Of a stretch of 64,000 nucleotides of DNA, positions 41,392-51,235 are shown piece after piece; position 1 is the first letter of the stretch; every line of letters starts with the position of its first letter. The DNA lies in NCBI GenBank assembly GCA_913046035.1, contig CAJWSW010000007.1:5116-69115 (forward strand), given 5' to 3'. Position numbers and translations under genes: made by a program. The stretch comes from an uncultured Alphaproteobacteria bacterium. GTDB lineage: Bacteria; Pseudomonadota; Alphaproteobacteria; MPNO01; UBA830. Under the pieces are notes generated by a model that was given only the letters and a program-made list of their open reading frames with translations, did not search any database and was not told the DNA's origin.

Positions 41392-41631
41392 TCAGCTCGA
41401 TACCCGGGCGATTAACAGGGCAAGTGCGAGGATAATAAAAATTATCTTCACCCAATATATCCGATGCCTTCCGGCAAAGGGAGTAGTAGCGAGCCAAGGA
41501 TTGGTCTGTCCTGGGTTTTGAGTGCCATCTTCCAAGTAACGTAAATCCTCTCCGCAGGCGCGACATTCGTTAGGAAAGGCAATTACGTTCTTGCCGCAAT
41601 GTGGGCAGTCAATCCAATTATCAACCATCAA
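41392..41631 (-). CDS. Small zinc-ribbon protein with C-terminal TM helix
   Basis: 79 aa with CPHC...CRAC and a hydrophobic tail. 4 nt overlap with the GST gene. Confidence 0.45.
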   Translation of the reverse strand: MMVDNWIDCPHCGKNVIAFPNECRACGEDLRYLEDGTQNPGQTNPWLATTPFAGRHRIYWVKIIFIILALALLIARVSS

Positions 41632-42335
41632 TAACGCTCAAACTGTCCCTTCCCAAATAGTACAGCGCGTGATTTATCTGTCATCTCTTTAGATCCGCGC
41701 CTATCAGCCAATAGCTCCATGCCTTTTTGAACACCTTTACGTTTAGACATCGTATCGAACCAGCGTTTTACATTTGGAAACTCCGCTTTGTCGATGCCCT
41801 GACGCCGCGACGGACGCACCCAGGGCCAGCAGGCCATATCTGCAATAGAATAATCATCACCGCCGAGCCACTCAGTCTCGCCAAGACGTTCATTCATCAC
41901 ACCGTAAAGCCGACGGACTTCTTTAGAATATCTTTCGACGCCGTACGGCACATCGACACCGCCCATAGATTGACGAAAATGATGAGCCTGCCCCGCCATC
42001 GGGCCAAGGCCACCTTTCTGCCACATTAGCCACTCCAGCACTAACTTTCGCGCACGAAAATCTTCAGTCCCAGGTAGAAAGCGCCCCTCTTTCTCAGCAA
42101 GATACATAAGGATTGCGCCGGTTTCAAAAACCGGTATTGCCTCGCCGCCGTCGAACGGATTGCGATCCACGATCGCAGGTATTCTGTTGTTGGGACTTAT
42201 CTTTAGGAATTCGGGCGCAAATTGGGCTCCGCTATTAATGTCAATGGCCACAATTTCGGTCTCAAGCCCTAGCTCTGAAATTAAAATCGATACTTTGTGA
42301 CCATTAGGCGTCGGCCATGTGTATTGAGTGATCAC
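41628..42335 (-). CDS. Glutathione S-transferase (Nu-class, YghU/YfcG-like)
   Basis: 235 aa with thioredoxin-like N-domain (NGHKVSILISELGLE, RIPAIVD) and a helical C-domain. Confidence 0.8.
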   Translation of the reverse strand: MITQYTWPTPNGHKVSILISELGLETEIVAIDINSGAQFAPEFLKISPNNRIPAIVDRNPFDGGEAIPVFETGAILMYLAEKEGRFLPGTEDFRARKLVLEWLMWQKGGLGPMAGQAHHFRQSMGGVDVPYGVERYSKEVRRLYGVMNERLGETEWLGGDDYSIADMACWPWVRPSRRQGIDKAEFPNVKRWFDTMSKRKGVQKGMELLADRRGSKEMTDKSRAVLFGKGQFERY

Positions 42336-42363
42336 AACAAACTCGTCACTCTACGTTGCACCA

Positions 42364-43236
42364 TTAGTGACCACCTTTTCGCTCGAAGACAATGACGTAA
42401 TAGCTAGCGCAGAAAATCACTAGCGCTCCTATCCAAGTATAAAGATCGGAGCTTTCACCAAAAGCTAGCCAGCCGATAATAGCAGCTGTAATGAGCCGGG
42501 AGAAATCAAATGGTTGGACCACGCGAGCATCGGCAATAGAAATTGCCCGGGTTATCGCATACTGACCGAGCAAAGCGAAAACCCCAACTCCAATTATGGC
42601 AGGTCCGTCGGCCCAGGTAGGCGCGGTCCAATAAAACCAGGCCGGTATAGAGGAAAAGACAAACATAAGAATGCTTACATAAGCCACGATAACGGCAGCA
42701 GAGTCTGTCCGGGATAAAGTCTTCATGCAGGTATTAACCCCTGCGAATAAAATGCCGGTTGCGAGTGCGGCTAGCATGCCTAGGTTTATTTCCTGAAAAC
42801 CTGGCCGCAGTATGATTATTGCTCCGGCGAAAGCGGCCGCAATCGCTGCCCAGGTCCGCGGTCCTGCGCTCTCGCCAAGGATCAGTACGGCGAGAAGGAT
42901 GGTAAAGATCGGCTGAATGTACAGTAAGGCAGTATAATCCGAGATGGGGATTATGCTGACCGCATAGAACCAACACATCATACCGCCGTAAGTAAGACAG
43001 GCCCGCATAACGTGAATTGGAAAAACGGTCGTCTTCATGACTGAAATGCCTTTGCGCGCGACCAACGGCATAATAAAAAAAATTGCAATAACGGCGCGCA
43101 TAAAGGCAAGTTGCGCGGTGGAATAATCAGCTGATAAATCGCGAGTACAAACCGACGCTAATGTATAACCGGTCCCCGCAAGGATCATCCATCCGGGGCC
43201 AGCTACAAATGGAGGAACACTAGTAAGCACAGACAA
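42364..43236 (-). CDS. DMT-superfamily (EamA-like) transporter, paralog 5
   Basis: 290 aa, 10 TMS. Confidence 0.8.
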   Translation of the reverse strand: MSVLTSVPPFVAGPGWMILAGTGYTLASVCTRDLSADYSTAQLAFMRAVIAIFFIMPLVARKGISVMKTTVFPIHVMRACLTYGGMMCWFYAVSIIPISDYTALLYIQPIFTILLAVLILGESAGPRTWAAIAAAFAGAIIILRPGFQEINLGMLAALATGILFAGVNTCMKTLSRTDSAAVIVAYVSILMFVFSSIPAWFYWTAPTWADGPAIIGVGVFALLGQYAITRAISIADARVVQPFDFSRLITAAIIGWLAFGESSDLYTWIGALVIFCASYYVIVFERKGGH

Positions 43237-43291
43237 AAATCGCGTTTTTAGCGTTTTTCATGCGGACTTTTTTGAAATACCTTAGGCACAC

Positions 43292-44914
43292 TCAACCTTT
43301 TGGAACCTTGCGCACGTCCGTGTTCGGTATAACTCCAACTCGACGCTGCTGGTGCGAACGTTCACCGTTAGCAATCCAGTCACCAGAAGCTGCACGCTCG
43401 GCAAGCTTGTCCCATTCATCGGACCAGTCACCTAATTCATACCCGTGCCAAGGAACCTCCGGCTTCAGCGGCGGTAGCCCAAGCCTTTCCCAGATCTCCC
43501 TTGCATTTTCCATGTATTCGCGTTTCGGAAGCGCGACCGGCGCCATATCTGCCTTCAGTGTAGCATCAATGACGAGCGTCCCATCCTCGGTTGCGCCTGT
43601 TTTAGGACCGTGACCGAGCGGGCGGTGTCTAATTAGCTCACAATCCTCAGCAAGATTGGCACGATAACTCATCGCCCAAAACACCGCGTCTAAATTGTTA
43701 GGGTCAATATCCTCGTCGACTGCAATTAGATACTTACCAACAGGTTCCTGAAATGACATGGCACCGTACATCCCACGCCAGATTTCTGTGCGCGCTGTGC
43801 CGCGTGAGAATTGGATAACAACCACTTTCCGCAAATTAGTCAGTGGTTCGTGCATACCGACACGTACTATGCTTTTGATACCAAGCTGATCGCGAAGATG
43901 GTTAAGAAAAAGCGGCTCGTAAGCGACACGCTTAATCACTGAAGACTCAGATGGCGTCACCTGACTAATAATGGAGGTGAATATTGCATTTTTCTTTCGG
44001 GTAATAGCAGTCACCTGCAGAACGAAATTATATTCCTCCAGGTTTATGTAACCGTGACTTTCGCCGAACGGACCCTCAGGCTCGAAGTGATTGGGGTCGA
44101 TTAACCCTTCGACCACAATTTCAGCGTCGGCCGGGATCATGAGGTCAGAAGTCCGGGCCCTGGACACAAGCATCGGCGCGCCCGCAATCGCCCCAGCAAC
44201 GCCCATCTCGTCAACCCCCTTTGGCAATTTTTGGGGGCCGCAATAAGCGATCGGCGGTGGGCAGCCGATGACCATTGCAATGGGCATCGCCTCTCCACGG
44301 GCGCGGTATTTTTCCCAATGTGCAGTCCCGCCCTGGCCGAGGTTCATGAAAAGCTTAAGCCCAATTCTATTCGGAGCCTTAAGACCGCCTCTGTAAGTGC
44401 CGAGGTTCTGGATTCCAGTATCAGGATCACGTGTTACGCAGGCGGTTGCTGTCAAATACGGGGCAGAATCATACCCGGGTGTGGAAACAGGCACCGGCAG
44501 CGCGTCAAGACCATGCCCGGAAGTCAACTCGCTTTCGCCAAATACAACTTCCTGACAATTTGCAGAAGCGACCTCTATCGGAGCAATGGGACTAGCGATC
44601 GCCTTGGCCCAACAGGCGCCAATCTCGTCCACCGGTACTCCCATTCCGATAGAATAAATCGCAGCATTACCTGCAAGGGCCCCTGTAATCACGGGAAGTT
44701 CGTAAACACGATTAGAAGCGTCGGTAACATTAGTAAAAAGGAAAGCCTTACGTTCCGCTTCGGGTATGCCGCCACGAAATTGCCAACGTACCAACGGACT
44801 GAGTTCAGAATCTTTATTGATCGGAGCATCAATGGTCGTTAGTAGCCCTGCCGCATCAAGCGCCGCTAAATGGTCTTGCATGTCGTTATAGCCGCGTGCT
44901 TCCGCTTCACTCAT
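43292..44914 (-). CDS. UbiD-family (prFMN-dependent) decarboxylase with about 60 aa C-terminal extension
   Basis: UbiD family core (start taken at MSEAEARGY). The Trp/acidic-rich C-terminal tail is not typical of UbiD. Confidence 0.75.
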   Translation of the reverse strand: MSEAEARGYNDMQDHLAALDAAGLLTTIDAPINKDSELSPLVRWQFRGGIPEAERKAFLFTNVTDASNRVYELPVITGALAGNAAIYSIGMGVPVDEIGACWAKAIASPIAPIEVASANCQEVVFGESELTSGHGLDALPVPVSTPGYDSAPYLTATACVTRDPDTGIQNLGTYRGGLKAPNRIGLKLFMNLGQGGTAHWEKYRARGEAMPIAMVIGCPPPIAYCGPQKLPKGVDEMGVAGAIAGAPMLVSRARTSDLMIPADAEIVVEGLIDPNHFEPEGPFGESHGYINLEEYNFVLQVTAITRKKNAIFTSIISQVTPSESSVIKRVAYEPLFLNHLRDQLGIKSIVRVGMHEPLTNLRKVVVIQFSRGTARTEIWRGMYGAMSFQEPVGKYLIAVDEDIDPNNLDAVFWAMSYRANLAEDCELIRHRPLGHGPKTGATEDGTLVIDATLKADMAPVALPKREYMENAREIWERLGLPPLKPEVPWHGYELGDWSDEWDKLAERAASGDWIANGERSHQQRRVGVIPNTDVRKVPKG

Positions 44915-45028
44915 CCAGACACCCTTTCCAAGTTTGCATCTTGATCCCGCGGCGGCATGCGGGCAAGAGTACAACATACAAACACATTGATAGAATTAAA
45001 CCTAAAACGGGCTTAGGGGTAGAAAACT

Positions 45029-46000
45029 ATGAAAGCGGCAGTGGTTAGCGAAAGTGGCCTCGAAATCAGAGAAACACCAGCTCCGACACCCAAACCCAAC
45101 GAAATTCTAATAAAGGTCCGTGCCTGCGGAATTAATAGAGCCGACGCCATGGTTGCCAGCGGTATGACGCACGGCCGTGCGGGAGGTTTAGGGACGGTAC
45201 CGGGAATTGAATATGTCGGCGAAGTCGTCGAAATTGGCAATGAAGTTAGTAACGTGAAACCCGGCGACAGGGTGATGTGTTCTGGCACGGCGGGCTGGGC
45301 AGAATACGCTGTGGCCGATTGGGGCCGCACTATTTTGATACCACCAAACAACATGAGCTGGGCGCAGGCGTCTACGCTACCCGTCGCCCTGCAGACTATG
45401 CACAATGCAATCGTAACCGCAGGCCGTTTCAGAGCTGGTGAAACAATAATGATACAAGGTGCGAGCTCAGGTGTAGGCCTTATGGGCTTGCAGATTGCAA
45501 AAGCACTTGGTGGAAAAGTAGTGGTGGGCTCCTCCACAAATGCGGCGCGCCGAAATCGGCTAACTGATTTTGGCGCTGATTTTGTTGTAGATTCAAACGA
45601 TGAACGCTGGGTTGAAAAGGTGCTCGACGCGACCAACGGAATTGGGGTCGACATATTAGTCGATCAGGTATCTGGCTATACTGCTAACGCCAATTTAGCG
45701 GCGACAAAAATACTGGGACGGATCGTTAATGTTGGTCGACTTGGGGGGTTCACAGGCAATTTTAATTTTGATCTGCACGCTCAACGACGGATTGAGTATA
45801 TCGGCGTAACCTTTCGAACCCGATCAGTTCAAGAGGTGCGTGACCTCGTCCAGGCAATGCAGAACGATTTATGGGGGGCAGTGATAAGCGGCGGTCTATC
45901 TCTACCTATTGATTGCGAATTCTCACTGAACGACGCACAACGGGCCGTGGAATACATGAAATCAAACAAACATTTTGGAAAAATAGTCTTAAATCTGTAA
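45029..46000 (+). CDS. Zinc-binding alcohol dehydrogenase / quinone oxidoreductase (MDR superfamily)
   Basis: 323 aa with a GASSGVG nucleotide-binding motif. Confidence 0.8.
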   Translation: MKAAVVSESGLEIRETPAPTPKPNEILIKVRACGINRADAMVASGMTHGRAGGLGTVPGIEYVGEVVEIGNEVSNVKPGDRVMCSGTAGWAEYAVADWGRTILIPPNNMSWAQASTLPVALQTMHNAIVTAGRFRAGETIMIQGASSGVGLMGLQIAKALGGKVVVGSSTNAARRNRLTDFGADFVVDSNDERWVEKVLDATNGIGVDILVDQVSGYTANANLAATKILGRIVNVGRLGGFTGNFNFDLHAQRRIEYIGVTFRTRSVQEVRDLVQAMQNDLWGAVISGGLSLPIDCEFSLNDAQRAVEYMKSNKHFGKIVLNL

Positions 46001-46181
46001 AACACACGGCCTATTAGACAAGCGGAAGATCACCTTTCTCAATGGTTTCTTGCACTGGTCACAATGTCGACGGTTACCCTAGCCGCGTTCGTATGGGTGT
46101 TAAAACGTAACAAATTAAAACTCGCAGCGGAGTGAACACGTCCGTGCGCCGCAAAGGTGCCATAAAACAATGATACCAGTT

Positions 46182-47069
46182 TTAATAGGTCGGTGGAGAC
46201 ACGCATATCTGGTCCCAGCGATAACGTTCTTTTAAGGTTCCGAAGTGCTCAAACACATCCAGAATTACTTCAAAGGCTTGCTTTGTGATTTCAACATGAG
46301 GCGTCCAAGTACCAAGATCCTTGTAGGCGGCAATACATTTCGTCAAAACAGCCTCATCAATATCAGGAAAATAGTGCTGTTGAGACTTAGCAATCTCCGC
46401 AGCCGGAGCTTCATTCATATACATTCGGGTTTTAGCGTAAGCCCGCAAAAACGCCTCCGCCATTTCTGACCCAAGCCAATCTCTTGTAGATGCAATACTG
46501 GAAAACCCGCAGGGCCCGATAAGGGGTCCGGATTGGGTTACCACGTGCCCGATCCCATCTGCCTCCAGCTGCTGCGGGAAAGGGCCTTGCTGCTGGACGT
46601 ACTGACCAACGCCATCGCGGAATGCTTTATCGATGTCCGCAGCACCCCCAGGATGAATAAGTTTTATTGCTTCGTAGTCAGCCCCTGCTTTGTGGCAAGC
46701 ATATTTGAACATGGCGAGCGGCTGCCCTCCTGAAAACGTAACAACCTCGGTGCCCTCCAGCTTTTTCCAAGAAAAATCTGGATCAGCATCACGTCCTGTG
46801 ATGAAAAACCCATCCATTTCATTTATTTGCGCGAAGTGGACGACACTTGGTGCTTGCCCGTTGCCCAAGGGGCCAAAACCCTGGCTTAATGCTGATTGCA
46901 CAACGTGCGCAGAACCGTCCTCAAGTGCAGCAATCGCAGACACACCAGGCGGCGATATGGACCAATCCGGATCTAATCCTTCTTCCTGCAGGAAACCCGC
47001 TGCAAAAGTAGCTATTAACGGCGAATAGAAGGCCGAAAATAAAGTGAATTGTATGTTAATCTTTTCCAT
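46182..47069 (-). CDS. NMT1/THI5/SsuA-like periplasmic-binding-fold protein without recognisable signal peptide
   Basis: About 295 aa from MEKINIQF. Two-lobe SBP-like blocks, but the N-terminus lacks a basic/hydrophobic leader. Confidence 0.6.
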   Translation of the reverse strand: MEKINIQFTLFSAFYSPLIATFAAGFLQEEGLDPDWSISPPGVSAIAALEDGSAHVVQSALSQGFGPLGNGQAPSVVHFAQINEMDGFFITGRDADPDFSWKKLEGTEVVTFSGGQPLAMFKYACHKAGADYEAIKLIHPGGAADIDKAFRDGVGQYVQQQGPFPQQLEADGIGHVVTQSGPLIGPCGFSSIASTRDWLGSEMAEAFLRAYAKTRMYMNEAPAAEIAKSQQHYFPDIDEAVLTKCIAAYKDLGTWTPHVEITKQAFEVILDVFEHFGTLKERYRWDQICVSPPTY

Positions 47070-47200
47070 GAGCAGGTTCCTTCTGAATAGAAGTAGGTAT
47101 ATTTTCAAAGCTCTCACAACAAGCTCATTAAGACAACGCCGCACATATTGTTTGTTCCGATACAGCTGGTTAATCTCAAGGTGAGTAGGGGAACAAAGCT

Positions 47201-48088
47201 ATGTCGGTAATAAAAATTATACCGCGTGATCAAGCAATTGGCGCAGAGGTTACTGGAATCGATCTAGCAAATGCTTTGCAATTGGACTCTTTTGAAATCC
47301 TGCGCAATGCGCTTGACGATCACCGCCTGCTCATATTTCGAAATTTGCGATGGACGGTAGCGCAGCAAATTGCATTCAGTAAAAGCTTCGGCACATTAGA
47401 GAACTTTCCAGACCCGAAAGATCAGGCTGAAGGCCACAAAACGGTGCTCCGAGTTACAAATATCGACCGCAAAACAAACGCAATCAAGCCGGTTGACGAG
47501 CCGGGACACAAATCGTTCACTCTGGGTACATCCGCATGGCATATTGATTCTTCATTTCGCACTCTGCCTTCTAAGGCCTCTATCCTATATGCTCTGGAAA
47601 TCCCCGAAAAAGGAGGCGATACGATGTTCGCCGATACCACGTTGGCGTACGATACCCTGCCGGAAGCCAAAAAACAGGAACTCGAAGACTTGGTCATTAT
47701 ACATGATTTCGAAGAGACGAGACGACGGCATAAACTGCCTCCGCGACCGCCGGAGGTAAGGGCGGCAACCCCACCAGCCCGCCAGCCATTGGTTGCCGTG
47801 CGGGACAATGGTCGGCGGGCCCTTTTTATTGGATCGCATGCGGCGGGCATTGAAGGTATGAATTATGAAGATGCACGCGCAATGATAGACGAATTGGAAA
47901 GGATTTGCTCTAAGCCGGAGTTCACATATCGCCATAAATGGCGCGAGGGCGACATGGTGATGTTTGATAATATTTGCGTTATGCACCAAGCAATGCCCTA
48001 TGACCTCTCAAATTCACGCCGACTGCTTCACCGGACGACAGTAGCCGGTAATAAACCTCTAGAAGGTGTCAATGGACCAGTGATATGA
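47201..48088 (+). CDS. TauD/TfdA-family Fe(II)/2-oxoglutarate dioxygenase (paralog 4)
   Basis: 295 aa with WHIDSSF (HxD) ... MHQAMPYD motifs. Confidence 0.8.
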   Translation: MSVIKIIPRDQAIGAEVTGIDLANALQLDSFEILRNALDDHRLLIFRNLRWTVAQQIAFSKSFGTLENFPDPKDQAEGHKTVLRVTNIDRKTNAIKPVDEPGHKSFTLGTSAWHIDSSFRTLPSKASILYALEIPEKGGDTMFADTTLAYDTLPEAKKQELEDLVIIHDFEETRRRHKLPPRPPEVRAATPPARQPLVAVRDNGRRALFIGSHAAGIEGMNYEDARAMIDELERICSKPEFTYRHKWREGDMVMFDNICVMHQAMPYDLSNSRRLLHRTTVAGNKPLEGVNGPVI

Positions 48089-48861
48089 GCGACAACCTAT
48101 CATTTGCAGATAAGCTGATTACGCTGGCGACGCCGTATTGGGAGACAGAGGCAGAGCTGACCCGGCGGTTCTTCGCCTCAAAGCCCTCAAAGAAAACCTG
48201 GGTACGCTATCTCAGGGCGGCAGTTTACAAGGAGCTTAATCCGGTTATTGGGTATGGGCCGACTAATGGATTCGCATGCGGTCTACATATGGAATTCAGC
48301 GGTCTGGTGAACAAATTTGAGGCCGTAGACGATGGGCTTGACCGACGCTCTTTCCACCATCGTCTTGAACAAATGATCGAGGAGTTTATGCACTTCACTG
48401 TGCTAGCTGAGGTATTGGAGGACCTTTTGGGTCGACCACTGCAACGTGGGGATGCCGAGCAACTTCCAGAGGACGAGAAATTGAACCGTCTCCGACACAA
48501 TTATGTGAACTCAGACAACATGGCAGTGCAGGCGGTAATGGAACTGACAGAAGGAGGCGGCACCGCCACCTTCCGTGAGGGATCAAAGCTTACCGGCGGT
48601 GAATTCGAAACAAAACTTGCAGCGGCTTTTAAGGTCATTGCTGACGACGAGGATGGTCATGTCGATCATGCGGCAGAGGAACTACTTGATGTTATTAAGA
48701 CTACTTCGGACTTTGCGGCCGCAAAAAAAGCGCTTCTTTTGGTATCTATGCAACGCCTTCACATGCGGAACGAGATGTTTTCTAATGTGATGACGTCAGA
48801 AGAATTGAATGGATATTTATCCGAACGGGGTGGAGAGCCCATCAACATTACAAAGTTCTGA
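48085..48861 (+). CDS. Hypothetical protein with two ExxH motifs (possible ferritin-like di-iron protein), translationally coupled to TauD paralog 4
   Basis: 258 aa. EEFMH and DEDGH motifs lie about 105 residues apart. ATGA overlap with the upstream gene. Confidence 0.5.
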   Translation: MSDNLSFADKLITLATPYWETEAELTRRFFASKPSKKTWVRYLRAAVYKELNPVIGYGPTNGFACGLHMEFSGLVNKFEAVDDGLDRRSFHHRLEQMIEEFMHFTVLAEVLEDLLGRPLQRGDAEQLPEDEKLNRLRHNYVNSDNMAVQAVMELTEGGGTATFREGSKLTGGEFETKLAAAFKVIADDEDGHVDHAAEELLDVIKTTSDFAAAKKALLLVSMQRLHMRNEMFSNVMTSEELNGYLSERGGEPINITKF

Positions 48862-48932
48862 ATTCCAGCCTATCGCAACCATAAAATATCGGTACAACTT
48901 CCAAAAAATAGAATGAGTTAATTTTTGCTAAC

Positions 48933-49376
48933 ATGGACGTTCAGGATTACATCGCTCGCTCGCAACTATTCCTTACCTCGGAGGAGGCAGATAGCAACCC
49001 AGACCTGCATCAGGTGGAGCTACCAGAAACCTGTGATCATTTTAAATGCACGCTCCGGGGGCGTACGCATGAAATGGAGTTTCATTTCAGCTGCCCCACT
49101 AACGAAGGGCCACCCCAGATTGAAGATGCGGTCCGCTACCTCGGCGCCGTGGCTGCAGAATTTGAGGGGTGCGACGACATCATAGAATGGGCAAACGAAT
49201 ATGGTTTTGACCCCGGCCACATAGATACCCGAGACGCATTTGATGCACTCGCGCGCCTAACCCGAGATCTCTGGCGGTTGGTTGGGGATACAATGTACGA
49301 AGAACTCCGCGAGGGTATCGCGATTGAACAAGCAGTCGACATGGCATGGGCTGGCTTTGAGGGACCACGGAGCTAA
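48933..49376 (+). CDS. Hypothetical protein
   Basis: 147 aa acidic protein with no recognisable family. Confidence 0.45.
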   Translation: MDVQDYIARSQLFLTSEEADSNPDLHQVELPETCDHFKCTLRGRTHEMEFHFSCPTNEGPPQIEDAVRYLGAVAAEFEGCDDIIEWANEYGFDPGHIDTRDAFDALARLTRDLWRLVGDTMYEELREGIAIEQAVDMAWAGFEGPRS

Positions 49377-49387
49377 CTAGACCCCCA

Positions 49388-50089
49388 TTAGCCTGAAGCA
49401 TCCTCTGACCCGTACCCCAATCTAACTGCTCTAACCATTGCCTCGGTGTGAAACTTCTGCTGATCGGGATCGTAGAGGTAGCGGCGTCCTACGGGACAAG
49501 CGCGGCGTGCTAGACATCCGAGTTCCCGGCAATTTCGTCCCGCCGCGCTCTCGACGTGTGAAACACAGGAAAAAGCATCAAACCTACTAGGCGTGAACGC
49601 GTCAGCTGGACATACTTTACGACAGGGTTTTGCCTCACATGCATCACATGGATTTTCGACGGCCGACCAAGCTGGTAGATCTATATGCTCCGCAAATAAT
49701 AGCACCGCACGGTACACGTGCCACAAGCCAAATTCTGGATGGATCATAATCCCTATAGGCGATCGGAATACCGGTTCTGCCCTCATCGCCCAGTCCTGCA
49801 AAGGTATGAAAGGGGGTCCACTGTTTGGTAAAAGAAGGTGGGCGCCTGTGGCACGTGACGCTTTTTCAAGCTTTTGGAGCAACCATGAGTCCAAGGGATC
49901 CTTAACATCTAGATTGCGCTCTTTTTCGAATTGCCGCCACATTTCCGGACCAGCATTACCGACAAGGAGTAACGTTCTTGCGATGCGGCCGTCAGGAAGG
50001 ATTGGGACATTATCGCCAACCTCACAGTGGAAGCCGCCTCTCGTAAAAAGCCCGGTGCCTCCTAGAATATCGTTCAGTCGGTCCAGCAT
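49388..50089 (-). CDS. Hypothetical Cys-motif protein (possible Fe-S)
   Basis: 233 aa with CDACEAKPCRKVCP (C-x2-C-x4-C-x3-CP) plus additional Cys pairs. Confidence 0.5.
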   Translation of the reverse strand: MLDRLNDILGGTGLFTRGGFHCEVGDNVPILPDGRIARTLLLVGNAGPEMWRQFEKERNLDVKDPLDSWLLQKLEKASRATGAHLLLPNSGPPFIPLQDWAMRAEPVFRSPIGIMIHPEFGLWHVYRAVLLFAEHIDLPAWSAVENPCDACEAKPCRKVCPADAFTPSRFDAFSCVSHVESAAGRNCRELGCLARRACPVGRRYLYDPDQQKFHTEAMVRAVRLGYGSEDASG

Positions 50090-50343
50090 TATACGTATAC
50101 CTCAGTTTTCATAATAAGATCAAAACGTGAGCACTGGCCCAGCGCGGCACCACACGAGCGAGAAGAAAATACCATTTGGCCTTGGGGAAGGAAGAGACAT
50201 TTAGCTTCGCTTACTCGACACTTTATATCTCGAGGTACCGCATAAATCCCCATAAGTCATTAAATGGAATGTCCCCAGGTAATTGTGAAGACATTGGATC
50301 AAACTCGATTTCGAGTTACATGAAAATAATTTATTGTGTATCG

Positions 50344-51168
50344 ATGATACACAGAACTGTCCCTTCTTCGAACGAAGAAATTCCTGTTGTCGGCGTCGGC
50401 ACGTGGCGCGGCTTTGATATAGGGTCCGGCGCAGTCGAGCGCGCGAGCCTCAGTGCAGTGCTGGAAACGTTGATGAATAGCGGCGCCTCTGTAGTTGACA
50501 CATCACCTATGTATGGCAGGGCAGAAGCCGTCGTCGGCGATTTACTAGCCGACCTAAACCGACGCGACGAAGCTTTCATAGCAACTAAAGTATGGACCCA
50601 AGGCCGCCAGGAGGGAATTCTCGAAATGGAGAAGTCCTTCCGCTTATTACAGACTGATGTAATCGATTTGATGCAGATCCACAATTTAGTTGATTGGCGC
50701 ACCCACCTTAAAACTATGCGTTCTTGGCAGCGGGATGGACGCTTCCGCTATCTCGGCTACACCCACTATCGCCCGCATGCATTTAGCGATCTCATTGAGT
50801 GTCTCCGCGCAGAGCCGGTCGATTTCCTTCAGTTCTGTTACTCGATCAATGAACCGGATGCAGAGGACCAGATCTTACCCTTCTGCGAGGCAAATGGGAT
50901 TGCTACTATTATCAATCTGCCATTCGGGGGTGGCGATCTACTGACACGAACATCTTTCAAACCATTGCCTGATAACGCCATCGAATTAGGTTGCAAGAGT
51001 TGGGCCCAATATTGTCTGAAGTATATTATCGCTCACCCAGGTGTTACCTGCGTTATTCCAGGCACATCAAACCCGGCTCATTTAGCCGACCTCCTAGCTG
51101 CCGCAGATGGACCCTTACCTGACCCAGAGATGCGCAATAGCATGTCTTTTGCGTTTTTAAACGCTTAA
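50344..51168 (+). CDS. Aldo/keto reductase
   Basis: AKR TIM-barrel blocks (GVGTWRG, DTSPMYG, DLMQIHN). Start is uncertain (50320 or 50344). Confidence 0.7.
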   Translation: MIHRTVPSSNEEIPVVGVGTWRGFDIGSGAVERASLSAVLETLMNSGASVVDTSPMYGRAEAVVGDLLADLNRRDEAFIATKVWTQGRQEGILEMEKSFRLLQTDVIDLMQIHNLVDWRTHLKTMRSWQRDGRFRYLGYTHYRPHAFSDLIECLRAEPVDFLQFCYSINEPDAEDQILPFCEANGIATIINLPFGGGDLLTRTSFKPLPDNAIELGCKSWAQYCLKYIIAHPGVTCVIPGTSNPAHLADLLAAADGPLPDPEMRNSMSFAFLNA

Positions 51169-51235
51169 TTTTGGTTTGCTACTGCTCAAAGCTATATTTC
51201 TATTATTGGCCTGTACCAGTTGTCGCAGATTCGCT

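Noticed and set aside
49388-50089. Calling the Cys-motif protein a ferredoxin or a QueG paralog
   Set aside because: Cys spacing (C-x2-C-x4-C-x3-CP) is non-canonical, and there is no second cluster motif or cobalamin-binding region, so it is left as hypothetical.
50176-50343. Long N-terminal extension of the aldo/keto reductase
   Set aside because: No AKR homology before the GVGTW block region. Internal Met at 50320/50344 gives a standard-length AKR.
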